The position numbers and the translations under genes were made by a program. A stretch of DNA of 60,980 nt, the filler included, from Asterionella formosa (Eukaryota): the NCBI GenBank assembly GCA_002256025.1. It is 9 parts of 9 records of this genome, joined end to end, with 100 filler letters (N's around TTAATTAATTAA, not from the genome) between each part and the next. Parts side by side here need not be neighbours in the genome. Positions count along the whole stretch, not along the records: positions 47,536 to 54,210 come from NKIB01012641.1; positions 54,311 to 60,980 come from NKIB01012642.1; 7 more parts are not named here. One strand, written 5' to 3'. Each line of letters starts with the position of its first letter. The stretch's first letter is position 1. This document shows positions 50,599 to 60,980 of this stretch, one piece after another. Under the pieces are notes generated by a model. It worked only from the letters and a program-made list of their open reading frames with translations, did no database searches and was not told the DNA's origin.

Positions 50599-51204
50599 GC
50601 ATGAGCCATTGTTTCATTTGATGTTGTCCCGTTGATGGACAGGCGCTCAACGATTGGTGAATAGTAAGTACGTATGAGTCGGAAGAATGTCCGTATTAGG
50701 TCTGGATTATTATCAAGTAGACTATCACCGGGCAGGTAGTCTAAAATCAGAAAATAGTCAGAAGTGAGCGAATCAGACGGGAATTACATGCATTGTTGCT
50801 CGAAATAGCAGGCGAGACAGATTTATTTGACCGATCATGCCGATGCCAAAGGCTTAAGTTCCAGGAGCTCCCTCCTAACAGGTACCATTTGTGGGGAATC
50901 ATTGAAAATCCCGAGGACGCCGGAGAGACCTTAAACGCTCGAAGATCCTAAATAAAAGTACAGTAAATAGTAGCTGGCAAAATTCCAGGTCAAGATAACA
51001 ACATTACGGACAAGAAAAGGATTTTGAAAGTTCGAAGAAATTGTCGATGCTGCCAGGTACACATCAGACAATACGATTGTAAAACAAAAGAGTGTGAAAG
51101 TCCTATATGGATATTCTTTAGCTGTTCCTTACTCTGAATTTAATTTGATTTATTTGGCGATCCACAATGAACTTGATAATGAATCCTCAAACTTTCAATC
51201 CGGC

Positions 51205-51601
51205 TTACTTAGAAGAATATAGTGCAATTAGACCAAGAATGAAGGGAAGAGAAATACCCAACAAACCAGCAATAGCAATGGGGAACTTTTCTGCGTCGGT
51301 CATCTTGTCGGTGTTACTGTAACAAAACAAAACCATAAATCAGATCATCAGAAGAGCAAAACATGACAATAAAAATCCAAGCAGGAAGATAATGTCAAAC
51401 TCACGTGGCAAAATAATCATCAGGTTCATTATCACGGGTTAAAACCTTGGGTTCGTCGTCTCCTCCCAAAAGACCCATCTTCATAAATGTAGTCTTCGAA
51501 ACAACATTGCAGCTAAAGGCGGCAATGGGAGAAAATGCACAAGTGGATACCAGGCACATGCCGATAACCAAAATAACAGCAAGCGATGTAATTGACTTCA
51601 T
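51205..51601 (-). CDS. Small nucleus-encoded plastid protein with a single C-terminal TM helix
   Basis: Exons 51601-51405 and 51316-51205 (intron 51317-51404, GTGAGT..CAG). Signal peptide plus TCA-FSP cleavage motif and transit peptide. Mature part LTRDNEPDDYFATNTDKMTDAEKFPIAIAGLLGISLPFILGLIALYSSK. Confidence 0.85.
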
Positions 51602-52691
51602 CTTTCAAGGCGACGTCGGAGTGTTAACACAACAGCGCCTTTCGAGGAGTAGAATGAAGGTTGGAGCATGTATACCCGTATAAGACATACCGGCAGTACT
51701 ACCAGGTACCTGGTCCCCAATGCTCGAAGTACTACCGCTAGGTAACCTACCAGGTACAGGTGGTATGTAACGGTACCAGGTAGTTCAATGCACAGCTTGC
51801 ATCATACGCGTATGTATTGTCTCGGCCGTAAGATAGGAAGTAGCTCATCAATGCATACGCCAGCCCGTTTCCGCCCATATCATCGCACACGAATATTTTA
51901 AACGCTTCGGGTCTCCTTATGTAGAACTTACCTGTTGTAGCGCTACTGGTTGTACTGTTAACTTTTGCTGCTAGCCTTCTTGCTAGTTTTCGCTGTTGAT
52001 CGTTTCCCTTCAATTCTCAATGTTTCTTAGATTATAGACTTAAACTAAAACCTAGTTTCAATCCCATTCATTGCACTTTAAGAACCTGTTTGTCGACTTC
52101 CCATTTGTGGATGCAAACTTTCTTCTGCATCTAAGCCACACATTACGTGAAGACAGTTACTTCTTTCGCTAAGTATACAGGCGAGTAAAGCGAAGACTAC
52201 ACCAGCAGTACAAACACAGAGCAGCAAAGAATTCGCTGGCAGTAAACCTACAAAGATCTTGGGGCTACTTTCTGGGAATGACTATACAAACAGCTTCATC
52301 AAGAAAATGGCGAAACACAGCATCAACCAGGCTGTTGGCAAGCAGTCTCTAGGCTACTTGAGTCACCGGCATCAGCTTCACTACATTAAACCGACACAAA
52401 GACACAAAAAGGTGGAGAAATAATTGCCAGAAAACGCGAAAGTTTCCACCCATCAAAACAAGCCACTACAATTGCGATGATGTAGTGATGGTGGTGCAAT
52501 TTTCGAAGTATGAGTTATTTGAACAAAAACTGGCTTGCGCTAAAGCAACAGCTAGAGAATATCAGATGAAAACATCAGCAGCAATGAAAGAACCAAAGAT
52601 GACAGACATAGAAGAGTTGATTTTGACATGCCAGGAATTCCAATTTGACATTTTCCAGCCACAATTGAATTTACATTGTTGTAGCCATATT

Positions 52692-52935
52692 AGGGGAATG
52701 GCTTAGCTAGTGGCTAGCACACCCTTCTGCAGTGGCGGGTTCACTCCACCTGTCTTTTTCATGTATTCCCTAGTAAGGTTCCGGGGGGTACGGCTGACGA
52801 AAATACAGGTCCCATTGTACCATACAAATGAATGATACTGGAACCAATTGTGTCCATTTATTTGGGCCCAAGTACTATTATTGAAGAACTTTAATGTACT
52901 ATGAAATTTCATTGACACTATTACATTTTAGCCAT
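52692..52935 (+). mobile_element. SINE-like copy
   Basis: Head AGGGGAATGGCTTAG..TGGCTAGCAC matches the 10043(-) head. The ~190-bp body is repeated at 53190-53385. Confidence 0.6.
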
Positions 52936-53074
52936 ATCAGTTTAGTTTTTGGGGATTCTGAACTTGTTTTCTAGCCAATCAATATTCTCATACCTGCACA
53001 CATATATGTAAATGGTGATGCTAGCTCAATAGAGTAAACGTGGAGAAAATATCCAATATTCGCAACTTTGCATC

Positions 53075-53385
53075 AGCAGCACCCTTTCGGGGGGGGGGGG
53101 AGCACTATAAGGAAGTTGTATGTAGCTCGTAACAACATAAAGAATGCAAAAATACAAGCACATAGTGGTGGCGGCTTCGATTCCTGCATTCTCCACCTGT
53201 CTTTTTCATGTAGTGCGTCTTTAGGGTTCCGGGGGGTGCGACTGACAGAAAGACTGGTCCCGTTGTACCATACAGACGAATTAAACCGGTGTAATTGTGT
53301 CCATCTATTTGGTGGGCCCGAGTGCAATTATTGGATACTAGCTTTGATGTACTTAAAAATTTAATTGACATTTTTTTACATTAGC
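53075..53385 (+). mobile_element. SINE-like copy with an interrupted head
   Basis: B-box-like GCTTCGATTCC at ~53174. Body CTCCACCTGTCTTTTTCATGTA..GGTTCCGGGGGGT..GGTCCC.TTGTACCATAC..GGGCCC.AGT as at 52745-52930. Confidence 0.6.
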
Positions 53386-54210
53386 TGGTATAAGTCCTAT
53401 AGAGCGTTAACCTCATAGGCTCTTCTGTACCACCACCTGGTAAATTACTTGTTTACACTCACTGTAGAGATTTACGCAATACACATTGTGTATGTATACC
53501 ACATCAACCATAAGTGAAAGGTGTACCCTTTTACATTGAGGACACGACTACCATGAAACCCATAAAAGTACAAGTACATAGTATACATGCACAAGCGACT
53601 GAACATGATGAGTATGTTACATGATAACTATTGGTACAGATGTACCTCTAGAATAGACGTACCAGTGCTAGGCTAAAACATGACGCCTAGCATTGACTTT
53701 TGACACCTAGTGCGTACCTTCTCATCAAGAACCTTGTGAGTCCCCTTGGAATATGAGCAAATGTAGAGGATAAAGTAATAGATAAGCTCATAATTACCCA
53801 GAACCTGCTTGTTTAATACTGACAACCGTAGGGCACAAATGTATCTAATTGCTATACAACTGAACGAATCCTCCGTGACAATAGTTAGGGTATCTCGTTA
53901 AGTAAAAACAAAGCATGCTGCGTTTGCTTTGTTTCTTAGCAGTGCCTTACCTTCAGAAGTTGCCGTGCATAGTGGCTCTTTATTTTACACTTTTGTTTAA
54001 CTGGTATTCCCTCTGTGCTTTAAAATTTGCATTGATTATCGGAATATTTGGTGCCGAGCATCGTACTTTATGAAATCGGCAGGCTCTGGGTCACTCTCCA
54101 TTTCTTTGCCTAACTCCGGTTTCATTGTGTATAGCCGAGTTAGGCAACATTGGGCAAACCAATCCTGTTTGTGATTGGAAATGCCTTTCATACTACTTGG
54201 ACCAGATAGG

Positions 54211-54310
54211 NNNNNNNNNNNNNNNNNNNNNNNNNNNNNNNNNNNNNNNNNNNNTTAATTAATTAANNNNNNNNNNNNNNNNNNNNNNNNNNNNNNNNNN
54301 NNNNNNNNNN
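54211..54310. other. Artificial contig linker
   Basis: Same 100-nt linker. Confidence 0.99.
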
Positions 54311-55831
54311 ATCGTGTGCAACAAAGGAGTAAAGATCTCCCAACTTTTACGTAGTTCATCATTCCGCACAAAGGATTCTTGCCGACCACGTAACACATCC
54401 AAGATCAATCTTGTATAAGCATCCGGATTGTTGCAGTTGTTAGTCCCTGTACGAGTATAGTCCATACCAAATTGTACAGGACTAATATTAGACGCAAATC
54501 CAGGAGATTTGATATTGGCTTGAAAGTAAAGGGCAGGATTAGGTTGGAGTCGCATCACCAATTCATTTGGTGGTGAGCGGTTTGTTTGTGCTCGGAATTG
54601 AATACGAATTTCGCACTTGCGCTCAGTCATGGCCTTTCCAGCTTCCAAAACAAATGGAACTCCACTCCAACGGGGTGTATAAATAAAAGTTCGAAGTGCA
54701 GCATAGGTAGGACAATTGGTATCCTTATTCTCAATGGTAGAATCATCACTGTATCCTTCATATTGACCCAAGAGACAATTTTCCAATGTCATTGGGACCA
54801 TGGCTTCCAATACTTTTAATTTGGCATCACGAATCGACTCCCCACTTGTACTCGTAGGCTCCTCCATTGCCAACAACATGAGAATTTGTAGTAAATGATT
54901 CTGCATCACATCCCGAATGATTCCAAAAGAGTCAAAATAACCCCCACGACCATCCGTACCAAATGTTTCTTGGAAGGAAATGACCACTGAGTGTATGTAT
55001 TGACAATTCCATGTATGTTCAAAAATGTTGCTAAACCGCCAAATCAAAATATTTTGTACCACTTCCTTTCCAAGATAATGATCGATTCGATACAACTGAT
55101 GCTCATCAAAGTGATTGGCGAGAGTGTTCGACAATACGTCACAAGATGACAAATCACGGCCTATATTATTTTTTTAAAAAAAGGGTTGGAATGTGTGGGT
55201 ACAGTGTATGTACATGACAAAGTTAGAAATAAAGTTTTGGGCAAACAAGCAAAATCGTACCAAATGGTTTTTCAATGACAAGACGAGACCATCCTCGTGA
55301 TGATGATTCCATCATTGTTTGATGAATCGCCATGCTCGTTTCACCAAAAACAGTAGGAGGAATTGCAAAATAAAACATTCGATTTTGTAGTTCACCAGCA
55401 TTATCATTGTCTTGATCCATCATCGTTATCAATTCTTTCCATGCCTGTAAATCACCATAACTCTTTCCACTTTGATAATAACATTTTGATAAAAAGGAAT
55501 CAATAAAGTGAGTATTGTTGGTGTTGTGTTGTGACGAAATAATGTAAGGACGAAGTTGATCTCGGAGTTGTTGATGAGTTTGCAACGTTCGTGCATATCC
55601 CCAAATAATTGTGGACTTTGGAAGTAAGTTGGCAACAAAAAGATCAAATAACGAAGGATATGTTTTTTTCTTGGCCAAATCTCCAGAAGCTCCAACCACA
55701 ATTATGGACAAGCCATGCTGATGATGATGTACAGTATAAATATCGGTTACATTGTGCGTGTTTTTATGATGATGGATGCAACACAAGAAGGAGAATACAG
55801 AAGAGGATAAAATAAATAGTGAGACACTCAT
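54311..55831 (-). CDS. G6PD: Glucose-6-phosphate 1-dehydrogenase, 3' truncated
   Basis: GASGDLAKKKTYP, YFAIPP, EKPFG|RD across intron 55161-55260, YRIDHYLGKE, GRGGYFD.FGIIRDVMQNHL, DAYTRLILD. Start uncertain. Confidence 0.96.
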
Positions 55832-56945
55832 GTACAGTTGTGAAACAGTAGTGCGGAACTGTAGTAGGGGAAAAAACATATACCGGTATATCAAATGAAA
55901 CGAACAAAATCTCAAAGGCAGGTCAAGGAACTGCCCTGCCGAACGAGTAATCCGTGTTTTACGTCTGAGAAATGAGAAGGTCCTCAAACAATCTGTATCA
56001 TGTAATAGTATCTATACATTGCTATGTACATAAATATGATATCAGATCATGAATGATTGCGGGGACATGCCAAAAGTCGAGCAATGATGATGACTCTGCT
56101 CCTGTTGAGACTTGATCATGATGGACCAACCACCGTACATACATGAACAGTTCAGTTTGCTCTGGAAATACCGAAGTAATTTTAATATAGAAAATTCCTT
56201 GAATTGTTCTCAAATGTCATCGAACAAACAGATGTGCATGTATACCGGTATATTGCTTTAGCAGTACATAAAACGATCAACAAACGCAAAGGTACCGTGA
56301 CATATGCTCCTGCTGCGGCCGAAGTCATCATTTTTTGCCAACTTTATTAAACACTCCACCGCATTCCAGTTCGTTCCTCATAACAACCACACAACCAACC
56401 AACCAACAACGATGCATTATGCATGGTGTTCATGTTGTGCACAATTAAACTGGATAGATAAGAAATTATACATGTCATTCGATAACAACACTCACCATGT
56501 ACCATTCCTCTTGTGAAACAATTGCTTGGATATCTTCCATAATATTGACGGCAGGGAAGCGAACAACAAAAGATGTATTTTATGTTAAAATAAAAATGTT
56601 TTGATTTTGATGGATGCCATCCATGATCTTGATAACGGTACCAGGTACCCCGTACCAGGTATTATAATTCACATCATACATGTATACGGTAGACTACATT
56701 ATTTAGCGATATGTGATTTCTATTTTTTAGCAGTATCTTTTCAAAGTATTTTTTCGTATCTTTTCAGTGACACCAACATCCGTATACGGCTCCTTACATG
56801 TCTACCAGGGTACCAGGTACTGTGGTAAAGAATGTAAGTTTCGGTTTCTGTTCAGTCGACTTAGCATTTGACTTATTTTGCATTTTTCCACACCCTTCCT
56901 TCACTACATTCATTTTTGGCAACCTTCTTATATCATTCAACCTCA

Positions 56946-57842
56946 ATGCGGCCTGTATCGAATGTGTTGTCAGTAGTACTTCTGACTATCGTTCTTCTTG
57001 GACAAGATGCCATGTGTTTTACTCCCCATAAACGCTTTGCGTTGACTGCCCACACTGCCATACCAAGAAAGAAGGGACTCCGAATGATGCATCCTTGTGC
57101 CAAGCATGCTGCTGCTGCCATTCTTGGTATCCGAGGAGGGGAACATGTTCCCCTTGATCCTGATTTGCTACTCAGCACATGGCAATGGTGTGCCAATCTA
57201 GGTGCTCCAGCTGCTCTTGTTGCAGGTGCAGTATTGGCCACCTTGATTGAAAGTCGAGAAGCCTTGGCCCCCGCAGCCACCGACAAGGCCGCTACTCGGC
57301 TTTTGAAGAAAACATGTCGATTGCTCCTTCTAACTAGCTTTGGTTTGGAAGTTATATCCATATTTGTGGCCACCGTCACGGGAACCATGTTACTGAGTGT
57401 TGGGGATGTCATTGTCGAAACCCCCGCACCCATTGCGTACAAATCTCCCATTGGGTTCTTGATGCACAATTATGAATTTGAATTTTTAACCGCACGCATG
57501 TGCTTTTTACAGGGTCTCTTCAATTGGCTTGCCAGTGTGGCATTGGAATTGTTGGTTGCCAAACCAGGTGAAGGACGTGGAGCAAGAAAGATGAATCGAT
57601 TCATTTCGTCTTGTTTGCTAACGATTATCCTGGGAATGTTATCCTTTCTCAATTCTCATGTTTTATTTTACGTCAATTATGGAAACATGTGGCGTCAATA
57701 TGCAATTGTGACCTTTCAAAAGTTCTTTTGTCCACCCACACCAATGTCTTTTGTACTAGTACCTGCCATTGTTGGGTCTACCTATTTGGGATATAAGGCA
57801 TTCACGTCCAAGCCCGAAGATGATTTGATTGAGGAAGATTGA
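56946..57842 (+). CDS. Hypothetical polytopic membrane protein with N-terminal signal/targeting sequence
   Basis: 298-codon ORF. Hydrophobic signal ending AMC-FTP, basic transit-like segment, LGIRGG, about five hydrophobic helices. Confidence 0.8.
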   Translation: MRPVSNVLSVVLLTIVLLGQDAMCFTPHKRFALTAHTAIPRKKGLRMMHPCAKHAAAAILGIRGGEHVPLDPDLLLSTWQWCANLGAPAALVAGAVLATLIESREALAPAATDKAATRLLKKTCRLLLLTSFGLEVISIFVATVTGTMLLSVGDVIVETPAPIAYKSPIGFLMHNYEFEFLTARMCFLQGLFNWLASVALELLVAKPGEGRGARKMNRFISSCLLTIILGMLSFLNSHVLFYVNYGNMWRQYAIVTFQKFFCPPTPMSFVLVPAIVGSTYLGYKAFTSKPEDDLIEED

Positions 57843-58552
57843 AATAGAAAGAAATGATTATGTTCAATGCTGTGAAAACACATCAATTGTATAAAGACTT
57901 TTTGTTGTAAGTTTGTTTCTTGAGATATGCCACTTTTGTTTTACACTATGATTCTTGTGGGCTTGTAGGTTTTCCCTGGATGATCCTAGAGAAAATTGTC
58001 TGAGGACGAGGGATTTCCGTTGTGACAATTGTTGCCTTCTTGCGGAAATGTTTAGATATTTCCACTCTCACGTCATCCTTAGCATTTACACGTTTGTAAT
58101 TGATGCCATGTATGACTATCCTCACCACTCGTTGGCCGGCATTCCACTTTCTTTGACAGGGTGTTTCTGTGGATTAGCAATGTCACCACCATCAAGATTG
58201 GGATTTTCCATATTTATTATGCCGGGATTATTTTTTTACCTAGGTACGTGACTGCAGCAAACAAGGGAACAAAGCAATACCAAGGAGATGGAGCAAGAAT
58301 ACACCATCCATGGTGATACGAGGTCGTTCCTAGAATGCAGACTCGTCCAATATGGCAATAAATTGAAGATGGTGATCTTCAACGTAGTTGTATTTAATTC
58401 ATTTCGTGATCCCATTGCCAGGACTTTTTTCTGAATGAATGAGGGACAATAGTAGGGAAAATCAATTTATCAAATGAAGCAACTGCTGAATGATTCCGGG
58501 GAAAAGGAGATATTGGTGACGTGGAGTAACACAGCATTCTTTACAACACACT

Positions 58553-60590
58553 CTATCTATACAATACTTCTTTGTCAATACAAACTGTCGTTCTTATTCT
58601 TAGTACTACTGCTGAGCGAGAGTAAGGAAAAAAAATTTCATGTTCGTTGTTACTGACTGCAATGAGGTGACAATGCATCCGCCAAGACACAAGAACATTC
58701 TGAAGGTCATGCTGGTTCAGAGTGGGATGATCACTGCTGCTCACAGTAATCGACTCCATTGATGGGTTCAAAGACTCCTGTTCTGGAAAAAACACCAAAC
58801 GTGTCAAGTCGTCGTCTCGCACTAGCTAGCAGCAGTACCGCAAATTCAATAATCACGACGAAGCTGTTGTTCTCGGAGCATTCGTTGAGAATGCATGGTT
58901 TTCGTTCTTAGAATCACTCGCTTTACTTTCCAGAAAATTTGCAATATGATGAGTTGGATAAATTAGGATTTTTCTCTCCGGAACGTTGAGGTGCAACTCA
59001 GCACTATTTGTAATATTCGTTTCGGTCGTGCCGACAAGAACATCCAATTCATGATGGTCAACTGCTTAATTGAACAACATGATGTCGTTCATAAGCCATA
59101 TATCCTATCATCGTCAGTATTGACTAGTACTACAATAATAATACGAGTATTTGTTAACGAAGACTCAACCTTGGCGGTCAATAGGTAGTCGTACAGCAAG
59201 AAGCCGACGAGGTAATTTTTGCCAATTTTGCTTAAGGATGAGCAGAGCACCAGCTGGGGTAAATGNNNNNNNNNNNNNNNNNNNNNNNNNNNNNNNNNNN
59301 NNNNNNNNNNNNNNNNNNNNNNNNNNNNNNNNNNNNNNNNNNNNNNNNNNNNNNNNNNNNNNNNNNNNNNNNNNNNNNNNNNNNNNNNNNNNNNNNNNNN
59401 NNNNNNNNNNNNNNNNNNNNNNNNNNNNNNNNNNNNNNNNNNNNNNNNNNNNNNNNNNNNNNNNNNNNNNNNNNNNNNNNNNNNNNNNNNNNNNNNNNNN
59501 NNNNNNNNNNNNNNNNNNNNNNNNNNNNNNNNNNNNNNNNNNNNNNNNNNNNNNNNNNNNNNNNNNNNNNNNNNNNNNNNNNNNNNNNNNNNNNNNNNNN
59601 NNNNNNNNNNNNNNNNNNNNNNNNNNNNNNNNNNNNNNNNNNNNNNNNNNNNNNNNNNNNNNNNNNNNNNNNNNNNNNNNNNNNNNNNNNNNNNNNNNNN
59701 NNNNNNTGAAGGAGGAGATTGTACTACCAGCCATTGCAAATATATTTCTAAGCAGGTGGAGTAGTACCACTGTGAGTCGAAACATGGTTGTCTGGGTGGT
59801 AGTCGAGATCGGGTGGGCTGAGCTGTGCATTCATCTCTGCATTCATGATCCTCCTTCTGTATAAAACGGCACCAGTACTGCAACATCGATGATGTCGTTC
59901 GCCATTCCAGCGTCGCAAATCACGATTTCGTTGTCTTCTCTGTAACTCCGTAACATAAACGACAGAAGAATTTTCACCCAACCCCTTTGGAGAAGAAATG
60001 AAATTCCGTGATGGCACAGTAGTCGATATAGATTTTGATTCGATATCTTGAGGGGACAAGGTGTGACTGGTGGACATTGGTTTAATACCAGGTATTTCGT
60101 TCGTGCTGTGAATGTTTCGACAAGTATCCGTGGTTTCTTGCATTCTCGTTGGTGAGAGAGGTCGACAGAGTACAGAGTTCTGAGTAATCAGGTTTTTTTG
60201 AGGGAATGCTCCTTGAAGCGTGTGGAGATGGTGACTCTCCGTCTCCCTCAACAAAAAGGGATATGTGCTTGTCTTATACTGGCTTTTGCATTCATCGTTT
60301 CCCAAAACTGTGGGCCTTTGCTTCCTAATCGTGTATTTAAGTGCTTGAGAGGAGAGAATGGAGCTCTGATACGTCAAGGTTTGAGGAAAGGGTGACTTTA
60401 CTGTGTCAAGATGTGTCGATTTCGTCGAACCAATCAGCAATGATGGATCTGCCACTGATCTACTTGTACAGACAATTGGATTAATAGCGGTAGTTGTCGT
60501 ACTACAAGTAGCACGATCATCTTCGCATTGCCGCGCCTTGGCATCATTGCTAGTTGTAACTCCAGAGGGGGAATAAGGCTTAGTTTCCAT
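58553..60590 (-). pseudogene. Fragmented Ser/Thr-rich hypothetical coding region spanning a gap
   Basis: 280-codon ATG ORF at 59748-60590 plus shorter same-strand ORFs after the gap. No recognisable domain. Confidence 0.3.
59266..59706. other. Scaffold gap (441 N) within contig 9
   Basis: N run without the TTAATTAATTAA linker. Confidence 0.98.
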
Positions 60591-60980
60591 TGTGTTTGAT
60601 GATGCCCGTTCTTTGAATTCGTTGTCAAATTCGTTTTCTCTTCATCAAATTTTAATGCTTCTGATAATTTTGGATATTATGTCAACGACATCACAAGGAC
60701 AGTGAAACCTGCAAGTTGCTGTAATTTTGCTGGAACTATAGATTTAGCTATCTGTATGTATCCCTGTTTAAAATGTTAGTTTAAGCAAAATGACCGCAAC
60801 TTATTCTACCTCATGTAAATAGATCTCGATGACTGCACAGCAGGAAGGACTTCGACAGTAGGTAAGTGCGTATGCCTGAAATCCCCTATGTAAAGGGTCA
60901 CTTTGATTATTCCGCACTTAAAGAAATTCAGGAGAGAAACGATTGAGAACTTTCCCCGTCTGTATCAGGTATTTGTCGTC

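Noticed and set aside
47536..55831. galE-G6PD carbohydrate gene cluster
   Set aside because: The genes are on different contigs separated by an artificial linker.
59089..59886. Long ORFs containing X runs
   Set aside because: Artefacts of reading through the 441-N gap.

Overview
This window is not one locus. It is nine unrelated ~6.7-kb eukaryotic contigs of strictly decreasing length (6699 to 6670 bp), joined by artificial 100-nt linkers (44 N + TTAATTAATTAA + 44 N), so nothing can be inferred across linkers. The content points to a diatom nuclear genome: short GT-AG introns, bipartite ASAFAP-type plastid presequences, diatom-style LRR and ankyrin proteins, CoDi-like Copia elements and a CryptonS-like element. 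Recognisable host genes are a type-II membrane LRR protein, the first 30 codons of an SPX-domain (VTC-like) gene, an mS37/CHCH-like small protein, an ankyrin protein, UDP-glucose 4-epimerase, an ataxin-10-domain protein, a small plastid membrane protein, G6PD and a polytopic membrane protein. The rest is largely decayed transposons: two Copia, two Gypsy remnants, CryptonS, a Harbinger-like insert and a MITE. The best candidates for something undescribed are three. (i) A tRNA-headed SINE-like family, with one copy bounded by a 16-bp target-site duplication. (ii) A ~950-bp unclassified repeat on three contigs with a fixed ...TTAA end and a fold-back end whose arms co-vary within a copy. (iii) An open in-frame Gypsy protease-integrase-C-terminus fusion. 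No CRISPR array, rRNA or prokaryotic-type system is supported.
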